From an uncultured cyanobacterium (GTDB lineage Bacteria > Cyanobacteriota > Cyanobacteriia > PCC-6307 > Cyanobiaceae), in contig CAIXOZ010000076.1 in assembly GCA_903921295.1 (NCBI GenBank), forward strand, positions 1 to 28,442: DNA of 28,442 bases. Direction: 5' to 3'. Below the pieces are notes generated by a model that was given only the letters and a program-made list of their open reading frames with translations, made no database searches and was not told the DNA's origin. Shown here one piece after another: positions 1-9,852 of the stretch (the first letter of the stretch is position 1; every line of letters begins with the position of its first letter). The position numbers and the translations under genes are program-made.

Positions 1-2
1 AG

Positions 3-632
3 CAGGGTTCCGCCCAGGAAGTGCAGTTGCTCGATAAGGAAAACGAGCTCTTTCAAAGCAAAGCCGAGTACCGGGCCCTTCTGGAAGAAAAAGCCAAGCT
101 TGATCTGCAACGCAGAATCGAGATCAATGACCTGAGCATGCAACTGAAGGAGTTACGCGAGCGCTCTGCGCAATTTGATGTGGTGTCGCCCATTGGCGGC
201 TCGCTGCAACAGCTGGCGGTGCAGGTGACCGGACAACGGGTGGACCAAGGGGAAGTGCTTGCGAAAGTGGTGCCCAGTGATGGCCTGATCGCCTCGGTGC
301 AGGTGTCATCCAAACTGGCAGCACCAATTCGCCAGGGCAAAGCAGCAGAGATCACCGTGGATGCCTTCCCGGCCAATGAACACGGCACCCTCAGAGGCGT
401 TGTGGAGTCGGTATCACCCACAACCTCTGCCTCAGACAACAAGGGACAGGCACAGTCCTATGTCGCTCGCATCCGCATCAACAAAAGTGGTATTCCAACG
501 CATTACCCTGCGGCATCTCTGCGCTCAGGCATGGGCATCAATGCCCGGGTTGTGCTTCATGAAAAACCAGTGATTGCCGTGGTTTTTGATTTTCTGGAAG
601 ACATTTTCAAGCCAATGGCTGAGCGGCGGTGA
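3..632 (+). CDS. HlyD-family type I secretion periplasmic adaptor, C-terminal part (5' truncated by the window edge)
   Basis: Frame is open from base 3. Coiled-coil segment followed by VVSPIGGSLQQL...GQRVDQGEVLAKVVP (lipoyl-like hairpin) and AEITVDAFPANEHGTLRGVVESVSP...LRSGMGINARV, typical of the HlyD/AprE beta-barrel. Confidence 0.85.
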   Translation, partial: QGSAQEVQLLDKENELFQSKAEYRALLEEKAKLDLQRRIEINDLSMQLKELRERSAQFDVVSPIGGSLQQLAVQVTGQRVDQGEVLAKVVPSDGLIASVQVSSKLAAPIRQGKAAEITVDAFPANEHGTLRGVVESVSPTTSASDNKGQAQSYVARIRINKSGIPTHYPAASLRSGMGINARVVLHEKPVIAVVFDFLEDIFKPMAERR

Positions 633-719
633 TGCGGGCACGCTCACGCTCTCCCTGAAGCACAAGATCGGTCCATCAGACCCAGCAACAGCAAACGATC
701 CCAACCTGAATTCCACGCC

Positions 720-947
720 ATGGACCAGCCCACAATGACCCGTTCAGAGAACGGCAGCACGGTCGCGACCCTCACCATCGGTGATCGCAGCTATCCGATT
801 GCCGATCTCAGTGATGAAGCCCAGAAACTGCTGCGAGCGGCCTACGACTGTGAAGCACAGATCACCAGGCTTCGGCGCGATATTGATTATCTGAACATCG
901 CCCATCGTAGTCTGCTGCAGGAGCTCTCAAGCCGTCTGCCGGACTGA
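720..947 (+). CDS. Small protein resembling the DUF6447 family (75 aa)
   Basis: TLTIGDRSYPIADLSDEAQKLL followed by a coiled-coil matches my recollection of the DUF6447 pattern (ITIDGKEYxxxxLSxEAK). Family call is from memory and not searched. Confidence 0.6.
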   Translation: MDQPTMTRSENGSTVATLTIGDRSYPIADLSDEAQKLLRAAYDCEAQITRLRRDIDYLNIAHRSLLQELSSRLPD

Positions 948-1890
948 TCACCCAGCCTGCGCGCTGACGAGTCCGACTTGGCAGCTCTCCAAACATTCGC
1001 TTGTAATTGGCAGCCATCCTGCCTGTGGGCGGCAAACCCACCAACGCGCAGGCTTCTCTCAAATCGACGCGATTCAACAGATGCTTGCGCAGGCTGGCCA
1101 GACGGATCTCCTGCAGGGCCTGCAGAGGGGTGCAGCCACGCACCCGCTGAAATGAGACCTGAAGCGTGCGTGATGAGACATAGCAGGCCTGGCACAGATC
1201 CCGTAGAGCGATCATCTCGGCCATGTGGCGCTCCATGTAAACCATGGCGTGCTCCACATGCAGCGCATGCCCATCGTGTCCACAAGCTTGTGGCAGTTGA
1301 TCGTGCCCCACCAGAGCGCTCGCCATCGTCCCGAGCACGGAGGCCTCCAGTGGCAACGCCAACGTGGAGCGCGCTTCACCCTCGGGCCGCAGAGCCAGCT
1401 GCAGCAACTGCTCACAGCAGGCCATCAACAGCGCCTCCTGTCCCGTGAGGGCATCCAGCAACAGGCGCAGATCCGGCTGCACCACACCCTGGCGTCGGCA
1501 GGCCTCCTGGAGATTCAACAGCGGCAGCTGGATCACGAGGGCCGCCAGAATCTCGGAGGTGGCGGTCAGAGCGAGCGGGTCATCCGGCAGCAACACGCAG
1601 CTCACCTGATTGAGCACCGCCGCGAAAGAACGACCTGCAGCCACGCCCTGAACCCGGCCGCAGGTGGCGATCGCCACGCTCACCATCCCGGGATGATGAC
1701 GAAAGCGCAGATCAGCGATCCCAGCCGCCGACACCCTCAGAACCGTGAGCTGTGCACCCCGATAGCGTTCGACCTGCACATCCCTGATCCTGGACCGACC
1801 CGAAGCAGACCGTCGATTCAGTTGGAGCCGGGCCAGCCAGGTGGCCAGCTCCGGTTCCACCGTCCAGCCCAGAGGCGCTGCTGAGATCAC
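862..1890 (-). CDS. AraC/XylS-family transcriptional regulator
   Basis: C-terminal double HTH: LRDLCQACYVSSRTLQVSFQRVRGCTPLQAL...GRMAANYKRMFGELPSRTR. Start is uncertain (GTG at 1890 chosen, GTG at 1860 also possible). The Arg-rich extension to 2085 looks non-coding. Confidence 0.8.
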   Translation of the reverse strand: MISAAPLGWTVEPELATWLARLQLNRRSASGRSRIRDVQVERYRGAQLTVLRVSAAGIADLRFRHHPGMVSVAIATCGRVQGVAAGRSFAAVLNQVSCVLLPDDPLALTATSEILAALVIQLPLLNLQEACRRQGVVQPDLRLLLDALTGQEALLMACCEQLLQLALRPEGEARSTLALPLEASVLGTMASALVGHDQLPQACGHDGHALHVEHAMVYMERHMAEMIALRDLCQACYVSSRTLQVSFQRVRGCTPLQALQEIRLASLRKHLLNRVDLREACALVGLPPTGRMAANYKRMFGELPSRTRQRAGWVISPADGLRAPAADYDGRCSDNQYRAEAW

Positions 1891-2222
1891 CGCGGACCAG
1901 GACAACTGGTGGTGTCTAGGGATCAGCCAGCACAGCAACGGAACGACAAGCCGATCTGCCCAGACAACGAGCTGGATGCGACGCGCACCCAGGCCAGGGC
2001 GACGCAATCTCCGCCGTCTTACAGCGCGATCAGAACGGGTCACGTCCCGTCGCCGTCTGCCGGGCAGTGCCTGAAGCCGGATCAACCGCGAGCGTTGACC
2101 TCCAGGCTGCGATCACCACCGGAGCCGAACACCGTCGGATGGCCCTGATTTCAGGCCGGCGGATCAGCGTGAGCAGATGTGCCACGATCCAGGCGGCCCG
2201 CACCTCAGTTCAACCGTCAGCT

Positions 2223-3710
2223 GTGACCCTGCGCTTCACCAACACCCTCACCCGCCGCGTTGAGGAGTTCCGCCCGATCGAAGCCGGCAAGGCAAGCATC
2301 TACTGCTGCGGGGTCACGGTCTACGACCTCTGCCACCTCGGCCACGCCCGCAGCTACATCGCCTGGGACGTGTTGCGCCGCTACCTGATCTGGCGTGGCT
2401 ACGCGGTCACGTTCGTGCAGAACTACACCGACATCGACGACAAGATCCTGGCCCGGGCAGCTGAGGAGGGCAGCTCGATGCAGGCGGTGAGCGAGCGCAA
2501 CATCGCAGCCTTCGTGGCCGACATGGCCCGGCTCAACATTCTGCCGCCGGACCGAATGCCGCGGGCCACCCGCAGCCTCGATGCCATCCGCGCCCTGATC
2601 AGCGCGCTTGAGGCCAGGGGCGCCGCCTATTCGGCCGACGGCGATGTGTATTTCGCCGTGATGAAGCATCCGGGGTACGGCAAGCTCAGCGGCCGCGATC
2701 TCGCCGAGCAGCAGGACAATGCCGCCGGCCGCGTTGCCACCGAGGAGGAGGCCCGCAAGCAACACCCCTTCGACTTCGCCCTCTGGAAGGGCAGCAAACC
2801 GGGCGAACCCAGCTGGGAGTCGCCCTGGGGAGCGGGCCGACCGGGCTGGCACATCGAGTGCTCGGCGATGGTGCGCGAGGAGCTCGGCGACACGATCGAT
2901 ATCCATCTCGGTGGCGCCGATCTGATCTTTCCGCACCACGAGAACGAGATCGCCCAGTCGGAGGCCGCCAGCGGCCGGGAGCTGGCGCGCTTCTGGCTGC
3001 ACAACGGCATGGTCAATGTCGGCGGCCAGAAGATGAGCAAATCGCTCGGCAATTTCACAACGATCCGGGCCCTGCTGGATTCCGGGGTCTCACCCATGAC
3101 CCTGCGGCTGTTCACCCTCCAGGCCCACTACCGCAAGCCGCTTGATTTCACCGCCGAAGCGCTCGAAGCCGCAGCCACAGGATGGAAGGGCCTGAACGCC
3201 GCCCTCAGCCTGGTCACGGGCGCCGGCGCCGAAGCCGAAGCGATCACCCCCGCCGTGATCGCCGCGGACGGCAGCACCCTCGGCACCGGGCCGGCGGCGG
3301 CCAGGGAGCGGTTCATCGCCGCCATGGACGATGACCTCAACACCGCCGCCGCCCTGGCGGTGCTGTTTGAGCTGGCGCGACCGCTGCGGTCCCTGGCCAA
3401 CCGGATCGAGCGCGGCGATGTCGCCGCTGCAGCTGAGGCCCGGCAGCCGTCACTGACGGCCCAGGGCTCCCTGCTGGCCGAGCTGGCCGCCGTGCTCGGC
3501 CTCAGACCGGAACCAGCCACGGACCCGGGAACCGGGCCGGACAATGGCGGTCTGAGCGACAACGCCATCGAGGCCCAGATTGCGGCGCGGCGGGAGGCCA
3601 AGGCGAACCGCGATTTCGCCGCCGCCGACCGGATCCGCGACGCCCTGAGCGCCGCCGGCATCGAGCTGATCGACAAGCCCGGCGGGCTCACCGAATGGCT
3701 GCGGCGCTGA
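2223..3710 (+). CDS. cysS: Cysteine--tRNA ligase
   Basis: [15 protein letters not shown] (HIGH motif), [30 protein letters not shown] and C-terminal [12 protein letters not shown] start at 2223 (MTLRFTNTL). Confidence 0.97.
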   Translation: MTLRFTNTLTRRVEEFRPIEAGKASIYCCGVTVYDLCHLGHARSYIAWDVLRRYLIWRGYAVTFVQNYTDIDDKILARAAEEGSSMQAVSERNIAAFVADMARLNILPPDRMPRATRSLDAIRALISALEARGAAYSADGDVYFAVMKHPGYGKLSGRDLAEQQDNAAGRVATEEEARKQHPFDFALWKGSKPGEPSWESPWGAGRPGWHIECSAMVREELGDTIDIHLGGADLIFPHHENEIAQSEAASGRELARFWLHNGMVNVGGQKMSKSLGNFTTIRALLDSGVSPMTLRLFTLQAHYRKPLDFTAEALEAAATGWKGLNAALSLVTGAGAEAEAITPAVIAADGSTLGTGPAAARERFIAAMDDDLNTAAALAVLFELARPLRSLANRIERGDVAAAAEARQPSLTAQGSLLAELAAVLGLRPEPATDPGTGPDNGGLSDNAIEAQIAARREAKANRDFAAADRIRDALSAAGIELIDKPGGLTEWLRR

Positions 3711-3724
3711 GGATCGCTCCCGCC

Positions 3725-5077
3725 TCAACCCTGATCAGCGGACGGCTGGGTGGCCACCAGGGTCAGAACGGCCGAGGTCACCATCAGGGCAGCGAGCATC
3801 AGCAGAGAACTGGTGTCGCTTCCATGGGACTGGGTGATCAGTCGACCGATCGCAAAGGGGGCCAGGAACCCCCCGATGTTGCCGAACGAGTTGATGAACG
3901 CAATGCCGGCTGCGGCAGCCCGACCCTCGAGAAACTGCAGGGGAATCGCCCAGGCAGGACCGAGGCTTGAAAACACGGACGCCGTCGCGATCGTGATCAT
4001 GACCAGACGCCAGGGACCAGGCGCCACGATGGAAACCAGCAGGGTCAGGGCGGCGATGAGCAGGGGAACAACCACATGCCAGCGCTTGTCGCGATGACGA
4101 TCGGCTGAGCGCCCCACCACCAGCATCCCCAGGACCGCAACGGCATAGGGGATGGCGCTGAGCAGATTGGCCACGATCGGCGAAGACTGGGCCGCCGGCA
4201 CGGCGGCGGCGACGAACCTCGGAATCCAGAAACTGAAGCCGTAGAAGCTTGTGGCGATGCCGAGGTAGAGGACGCTGAGCAGCCACAGGCGCCGATCTCC
4301 CCAGAGGGCGCCCAGGGTCTGAATCGGACGATCGCCCGGCCGACGGCGCTGCAGATCCTGTTGCAGCGCCTCATCGATCGCCCCAGCCTCCGCCGGCGTC
4401 AGCCAGGAGGCCTGATGGGGACGATTCGGCAGCCAGACGAACACCGCCAGCGAAAGCGCCAGGGCCGGCAGGGCTTCAATCAGAAACAGCCAGCGCCAGG
4501 GGGCGATCCCATTCCAGCTGGGCAGCGAGAGGATCGCCGCTGAGATCGGCCCCCCCAGAAGACCGGCCACGGGCAGGGCCAGCAGAAACCCCGAGAGGGT
4601 TCGGGCCCGCTGTGCCTCGGGGACCCACCGGCTCAGATAAAAGATGATCCCCGGATAAAAACCGGCTTCCGCGACACCGAGCAGCAGGCGCAGGCCATTG
4701 AACTGGACCTCGGACACCATGAAAGCCATCAGAGCGGCGATCAGGCCCCAGGTGAAGAGGATGCGACTGATCCAGATCCGGGCTCCGACGCGCTCGAGCA
4801 TCAGATTGCTGGGGATCTCGAAGATCACATAACCCAGAAAGAAGATGCCGGCCGCAAAGCCGTAGGACGCGGTCGTCATCCCCAGATCCCTGGAGACCAT
4901 CGGCTCCACAAAGGAGACATTGACGCGATCGAGATAGGCGACCACGTAGAGAACGAAAAGGAACGGAAGCAGATGACGGCGGATGGCCGCCAGTGCCCGT
5001 TGCAGCTGACGATTCGCGACTTCAGACCCTGCCGCCGATTCGCCTGCCCAGGTGCTGGCCTGCCGTTCGGAACCCAT
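3725..5077 (-). CDS. MFS transporter, anion:cation symporter (ACS; TtuB/HpaX-like) type
   Basis: RRHLLPFLFVLYVVAYLDRVNVSF, GIFFLGYVIFEIPSN, GARIWISRI, RLLLGVAEAGFYPG, WRWLFLIEALPA, AFINSFGNIGGF; about 12 hydrophobic segments. ATG at 5077 chosen; the track start is 5101. Confidence 0.9.
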   Translation of the reverse strand: MGSERQASTWAGESAAGSEVANRQLQRALAAIRRHLLPFLFVLYVVAYLDRVNVSFVEPMVSRDLGMTTASYGFAAGIFFLGYVIFEIPSNLMLERVGARIWISRILFTWGLIAALMAFMVSEVQFNGLRLLLGVAEAGFYPGIIFYLSRWVPEAQRARTLSGFLLALPVAGLLGGPISAAILSLPSWNGIAPWRWLFLIEALPALALSLAVFVWLPNRPHQASWLTPAEAGAIDEALQQDLQRRRPGDRPIQTLGALWGDRRLWLLSVLYLGIATSFYGFSFWIPRFVAAAVPAAQSSPIVANLLSAIPYAVAVLGMLVVGRSADRHRDKRWHVVVPLLIAALTLLVSIVAPGPWRLVMITIATASVFSSLGPAWAIPLQFLEGRAAAAGIAFINSFGNIGGFLAPFAIGRLITQSHGSDTSSLLMLAALMVTSAVLTLVATQPSADQG

Positions 5078-5191
5078 CGACCGCCAATCCAGGGGAATCA
5101 ACCAGTGATAGGAGCGCTGCTCTGCGCGTCAAGTCGGGGACCGGCCGGCGGGCCTGCTCCTGACCCCCTTGCCCCCAGCGGCCGACGCGCG

Positions 5192-5416
5192 TCAGCCCTG
5201 ATCGGCAGGCGGTTGCTGCTGATCGCGCATCATCGCCTCGATCCGGCGGATCCGCATGGCGGTGGTGCTCCACACCTCCTGCTGAAAGCCCGGCGGGCAC
5301 TGCTCCACCAGCTGCTCGATCGGCTCGCCGCGCTCAAAGGCATCCCAGAGCTGACGCTCGAGCCGGGCCCGTTCGATGAAGTTCCAACGTTGCAGCCAGG
5401 GGGGGAGGGAAGCCAT
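5192..5416 (-). CDS. Hypothetical protein (74 aa, MASLPPWLQRWNFIERARLERQLWDAFERGEP...)
   Basis: Protein-like C-terminal part of track ORF 5192..5788 starting at ATG 5416; resembles small picocyanobacterial conserved hypotheticals (recollection). Confidence 0.7.
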   Translation of the reverse strand: MASLPPWLQRWNFIERARLERQLWDAFERGEPIEQLVEQCPPGFQQEVWSTTAMRIRRIEAMMRDQQQPPADQG

Positions 5417-5641
5417 CGATCGCCGTCCGTTGCCGCCAGTTAAGCCCTCCACCCGCCGCAAGCGCGGCCGCCACCGACCGCAGCCCTGAGCGGCCGCCGC
5501 CCCTGCCCGGCGAACGACCCGATCCCGGCCGGGAATCCCAGGGCCTGCCGCCGGGTCCGTGCGGGGCCGGGCTTCCTGGCAGGCATCGCTGCACCCAGAA
5601 GCGGCAGTGGGAGACTGGCACGCATCTTTGACGATCCGACC

Positions 5642-6868
5642 GTGAAAGCCCTGAGCGTGCTTGGATCCACCGGCTCGATCGGCACCCAGACCCTGGAGCT
5701 GGCCGAGGAGTTCCCGGAGCGCTATCGGGTGGTGGCCCTGACGGCCGGCAACAACCTCGCGCTGCTGGTGGACCAGATCCGTCGCCATGCACCGGAGGCG
5801 GTGGCCCTGGCCGATCCGGCACGGCTCAACGAGCTGCGGGAGCGGCTGCAGGCCCTGAGCGCGGATGAGCGGCCGGCGCGGCTGCCGGAGCTGCTGGCTG
5901 GAAGCGATGGCCTCTGTGCCGCCGCGGCCTGGCCCAGCGCCGATCTGGTGGTGACCGGCATCGTCGGCTGCGCCGGCCTGCTGCCGACCCTGGCCGCGAT
6001 CCGCGCCGGCAAGGATCTGGCCCTGGCCAACAAGGAGACCCTGATCGCCGCCGGCCCGGTGGTGCTGCCGGAACTCGAGAAATCAGGCTCAAGGCTGCTG
6101 CCGGCCGATTCCGAGCACTCCGCCATCTTCCAGTGCCTGCAGGGCACGCCCTATGCCGAAACGGCGCGCCTTTCCACCGGCACCCCCACACCGGGCCTGC
6201 GCCGGATCCAGCTCACCGCCAGCGGCGGCGCCTTCCGCGACTGGGATCCGGCGGATCTGGTCAAGGCGACCGTCGCCGATGCCACCAGCCACCCCAACTG
6301 GAGCATGGGCCGCAAGATCACGGTCGATTCCGCCTCCCTCATGAACAAGGGCCTGGAGGTGATCGAAGCCCATTACCTGTTCGGCCTCGATTACGACCAC
6401 ATCGAGATCGTGATCCACCCGCAATCGATCATCCATTCGATGGTGGAGCTGGCCGATTCCTCGGTGCTGGCCCAGCTCGGCTGGCCCGACATGAAACTGC
6501 CGATCCTCTACTGCCTGAGCTGGCCCGAACGCCTGCACACCCCCTGGCGCCGTCTCGATCTGACCGAAGTGGGCCAGCTCACCTTCCGCAAGCCCGATCC
6601 GGCCAAGTACCCCTGCATGGAGCTGGCCTACGCCGCTGGCCGCGCCGGCGGCACGATGCCGGCGGCGATGAACGCAGCCAACGAGCAGGCCGTGGCCCTG
6701 TTCCTCGAGGAGCAGGTGCATTTCCTCGACATCCCGAAGCTGATTGACGCGGTGTGCGAGCGCCACAAGGCCGATCTGATGGCCGCCCCCTCCCTGACCG
6801 ATGTGCTGGCCGTCGACGCCTGGGCCCGTGAGGCGGTGCGTGAGGCTGCAGCCCTGGTAGCAGCGTGA
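5642..6868 (+). CDS. dxr: 1-deoxy-D-xylulose 5-phosphate reductoisomerase
   Basis: [57 protein letters not shown]. Confidence 0.97.
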   Translation: MKALSVLGSTGSIGTQTLELAEEFPERYRVVALTAGNNLALLVDQIRRHAPEAVALADPARLNELRERLQALSADERPARLPELLAGSDGLCAAAAWPSADLVVTGIVGCAGLLPTLAAIRAGKDLALANKETLIAAGPVVLPELEKSGSRLLPADSEHSAIFQCLQGTPYAETARLSTGTPTPGLRRIQLTASGGAFRDWDPADLVKATVADATSHPNWSMGRKITVDSASLMNKGLEVIEAHYLFGLDYDHIEIVIHPQSIIHSMVELADSSVLAQLGWPDMKLPILYCLSWPERLHTPWRRLDLTEVGQLTFRKPDPAKYPCMELAYAAGRAGGTMPAAMNAANEQAVALFLEEQVHFLDIPKLIDAVCERHKADLMAAPSLTDVLAVDAWAREAVREAAALVAA

Positions 6869-7203
6869 TCCAGGTCAGCCATCACCTGCTGCTCTGCGCC
6901 ACCCCCAGCAAGGCCCTCTGCTGCCCCGACCCCAGCATCGGCGCCGGCAGCTGGGAGACGCTCAAGCGCCTGGTGCGCGAGCTGGGCCTCGAGGATCCGC
7001 AGCGCCCTGAGGGCCTCGTGCTGCGCTCCAAGGCCGACTGTCTGCGGATCTGCGCCGAAGGCCCGGTGCTGTTGATCTGGCCGGAGGGCATCGTCTACGG
7101 CGGCGTGACACCGGAGCGGATCGGGCGCATCGTGCACGAGCATGTGATCGAAGGGCGGCCGATCGACGACTGGATCGTGCGCCGCTACGAACTCCAGGCC
7201 TGA
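6865..7203 (+). CDS. Thioredoxin-like (2Fe-2S) ferredoxin-domain protein
   Basis: LLLC...CC and [37 protein letters not shown], typical of TRX-like ferredoxins. GTGA overlap with the dxr stop. Confidence 0.85.
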   Translation: MIQVSHHLLLCATPSKALCCPDPSIGAGSWETLKRLVRELGLEDPQRPEGLVLRSKADCLRICAEGPVLLIWPEGIVYGGVTPERIGRIVHEHVIEGRPIDDWIVRRYELQA

Positions 7204-7210
7204 GCAAGCG

Positions 7211-8356
7211 CTAGCGGGTCGACCCGGTCCCCGGGCGCCGACAGCCCCCGCGGCTCAGAAGCCGGCGCAGCCAGGCCACCGTCAGCCGATCGCCCCAACA
7301 GCCACGGGCACTGTCGCCGACGCCATGGAAACCGTTGTGACCGCCATGGCGGCTGATCAGAACGTCCGGGGTGAAGCCGGCTCCAGCCGAGGATCCGGCC
7401 ATGGCCCTGACCACCTGGTGGAGTGACGCCACCGGCACCCAGGGATCATCCTCGGCATGCACCAGCAGCAGCGGCGGCAGAGCGGAACGCCGCGCAGGAT
7501 CCAGCAGGGCGGTCAGCGGGCTGGCCGAGGCGTAGTAGTGCTCCACCGAGCGGTAGCCCCAGCGCGGGGCCGTGATCGCCTGATCAAAGGCCCGGATCGA
7601 GCCGGGCCCACCCGCCGCCGTCAGCGCCCAGCGCTCCGCAGCACTCACCCCGGAAGGATCGGCCAGGGTCTGGGCCACCAGGCGCTGCAGCAGCCAACGG
7701 GCATAGACCCGGTTGCGGGCACTCTCGATCCGGGCGCTGGAGGCCGCCAGATCGAGCGGACTGCTCAGACAGACCAGGCCATCGAGGCCAGGCGCCGCTG
7801 GCGAAGCCAGCAGCGCATTCAGCAGAATCGTGCCCCCCAGCGACAGCCCCACCCCGAGCAGCGGTCGAGCGCCGGCGAGGGATCGCAGCTGCGCAAGCAC
7901 CGGCAACAGATCGGCCCGGCAATCGGCGGCATAGGTGCCGGCCGCCAGGGTGCGGCCGGCACCGGCCCCGCGCAGATTGAGCCGCACCACCGCCAGACCG
8001 GCGTCCTGGAGGGCCAGCCCCATGCGCCGCAGGCCCTCGCGCTCGCTGGAACCACCGAGGCCATGCAGCAGCAGCACCAGCGCCTCGGGTTCAGCCGCGG
8101 CGCTCGGGGCATCGAGCACGGCGTGCAGATGCTCGCCCGAAGGAAGCGGCAACCGCAGGATCCGGCCCCCCGAGACGGGCAACCGCACCGGCCGCAGGGT
8201 GTCGCGCAGGGTCTGGAGATCGCCGCCGACCCAGGGAAGACGCTGTCGCAACGGCTCCAGAGCCAGCGAGCTGAGCAGATCCTGAGCCGGCAACGCAGAC
8301 ACCCTCCAGGGGAGGGCGGGAGAGAACGGGTGCAGTCTGGAAGGCAGCGCCGCCAC
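7211..8356 (-). CDS. Alpha/beta-fold hydrolase, YheT-like
   Basis: GGDLQTL, LLLHGLGGSS, VRLNLRGAG, nucleophile GLSLGG, HAEDDPWVP, GGHNGF. Confidence 0.85.
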   Translation of the reverse strand: MAALPSRLHPFSPALPWRVSALPAQDLLSSLALEPLRQRLPWVGGDLQTLRDTLRPVRLPVSGGRILRLPLPSGEHLHAVLDAPSAAAEPEALVLLLHGLGGSSEREGLRRMGLALQDAGLAVVRLNLRGAGAGRTLAAGTYAADCRADLLPVLAQLRSLAGARPLLGVGLSLGGTILLNALLASPAAPGLDGLVCLSSPLDLAASSARIESARNRVYARWLLQRLVAQTLADPSGVSAAERWALTAAGGPGSIRAFDQAITAPRWGYRSVEHYYASASPLTALLDPARRSALPPLLLVHAEDDPWVPVASLHQVVRAMAGSSAGAGFTPDVLISRHGGHNGFHGVGDSARGCWGDRLTVAWLRRLLSRGGCRRPGTGSTR

Positions 8357-8397
8357 AACCGGGAGGATCCCACGGGGCGGCGGCGCTCAACGGGCGC

Positions 8398-9852
8398 TCA
8401 GCGGGCGCTGGCGGCGGCCTCACGGCGTTGGCCGACGCCGAGGCTGCGCAGCTCGGCGGTGAGCTGCTGCAACACCGCCTTGGCATCGCCGAAGACCATC
8501 GAGGTGTGCGGCAGCTCGAACAGTCCGTTGGCGATGCCGGCATAGCCGGCACCGAGGCTGCGCTTGACCACAAAGACGGAACGGGCCTGATCCACCTCAA
8601 GCACGGGCATGCCGTAGAGGGGGCTGCTCGGATCGCTCTTGGCCTGGGGATTGACCACATCATTGGCCCCGAGAACGATCACCACATCGGTGCGTGGGAA
8701 GTCGGGATTGATCGCTTCCATCTCCACCAGCTGCTCGTAGGGGACATCGGCCTCGGCCAGCAGCACATTCATGTGCCCGGGCATCCGCCCGGCCACCGGA
8801 TGGATGGCATAGCTGACGTCGATGCCATGGGTCTCCAGCAGCCGCGCGAGTTCCTTGAGGCTGTGCTGAGCCTGGGCGACCGCCAGGCCATAGCCGGGCA
8901 CGAACACCACCCGCTCAGCCCCCTCAAGCGCCAGGGCGCACTCCTCAGGACTGCAGGAGGTGATACGGCTGTAACTCGCCGCATCACCCTCAGCGGCAGC
9001 ACCGCCGGCAGCCGTCACGCCGAGCGCGCCCCCGAAGAGCACCGAGGTGAGGGAGCGGTTCATCGCCGTGCACATCACCTGGGTGAGGATCAGACCGGCG
9101 GCACCGACCATGGCACCGGCCACGATCAGCAGCTGGCTGCCGACGACGAAGCCGGCGGCGGCGGCGGCCACGCCGGAATAGGAATTCAGCAGCGAGATCA
9201 CCACCGGCATGTCGGCGCCACCGATCGGCAGGGTCAGACCGATGCCGAGCAGCAGCGAGAGGCCTGTGACAGCCGCCAGCGCCAGCCACGAGCCCAGACT
9301 CAGGGCCTCCGCACCGGCCAGTCCCTGGCGCAGCACCAGCACCGAAGCAGCGACCGTGGCCAGCAGCAGGGCCCCGTTCAACCAGTGCCGCAGCGGCTTC
9401 AGCATCCAGGCGGGGGTTTCCAGGGCCCCCTGGAGCTTGGCCATCGCCACCAGGGAACCGCTGAAGGTGATCGCGCCAACCAACACCGACGCCAGCAGGG
9501 ACACCAGCACCAGGCCATCGCCGGCGGCGCTGGGCAGAGCCGCGGCCCCGAGGGCCACCAGCAGCGAACTCATGCCGCCGCAACCGTTGAACAGGGCCAC
9601 CGCCTCGGGCATCGCGGTCATCGGCACCCGATACGCCAGCAGGGCACCGGCTGCACCGCCCACCAACAGGCCGGCCAGCATCCAGGTCCAGCCGGCGAGC
9701 CCCTGCTCCAGCAGCAAGCCGACCACCGCCAGGGCGAGGGCCAGCGCCGCCAGGCCGTTGGCGCCACGGGCGCTGCGGATTCGCGAGAGGCCCTTGAGAC
9801 CGAGGGCGAGCAGCAGCACCGCCCCGAGATCGAACAGAAGGTGAAGGCTCAT
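8398..9852 (-). CDS. pntB: NAD(P)+ transhydrogenase beta subunit
   Basis: IGGADMPVVISLLNSYSG, VPGYGLAVAQAQH, IHPVAGRMPGHMNVLLAEA, GANDVVNP, KRSLGAGYAGIAN. Confidence 0.96.
   Translation of the reverse strand: MSLHLLFDLGAVLLLALGLKGLSRIRSARGANGLAALALALAVVGLLLEQGLAGWTWMLAGLLVGGAAGALLAYRVPMTAMPEAVALFNGCGGMSSLLVALGAAALPSAAGDGLVLVSLLASVLVGAITFSGSLVAMAKLQGALETPAWMLKPLRHWLNGALLLATVAASVLVLRQGLAGAEALSLGSWLALAAVTGLSLLLGIGLTLPIGGADMPVVISLLNSYSGVAAAAAGFVVGSQLLIVAGAMVGAAGLILTQVMCTAMNRSLTSVLFGGALGVTAAGGAAAEGDAASYSRITSCSPEECALALEGAERVVFVPGYGLAVAQAQHSLKELARLLETHGIDVSYAIHPVAGRMPGHMNVLLAEADVPYEQLVEMEAINPDFPRTDVVIVLGANDVVNPQAKSDPSSPLYGMPVLEVDQARSVFVVKRSLGAGYAGIANGLFELPHTSMVFGDAKAVLQQLTAELRSLGVGQRREAAASAR

Noticed and set aside
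1664-1677. GCGATCGC-containing palindromes (also 9955, 23742)
   Set aside because: HIP1-type background sites common in cyanobacteria; too few here to indicate a specific element.
2067-2222. Track N-terminal extensions of cysS (also pntA 11312-11458 and psbD 25205-25420)
   Set aside because: Family-typical N-termini begin at 2223, 11311 and 25421.
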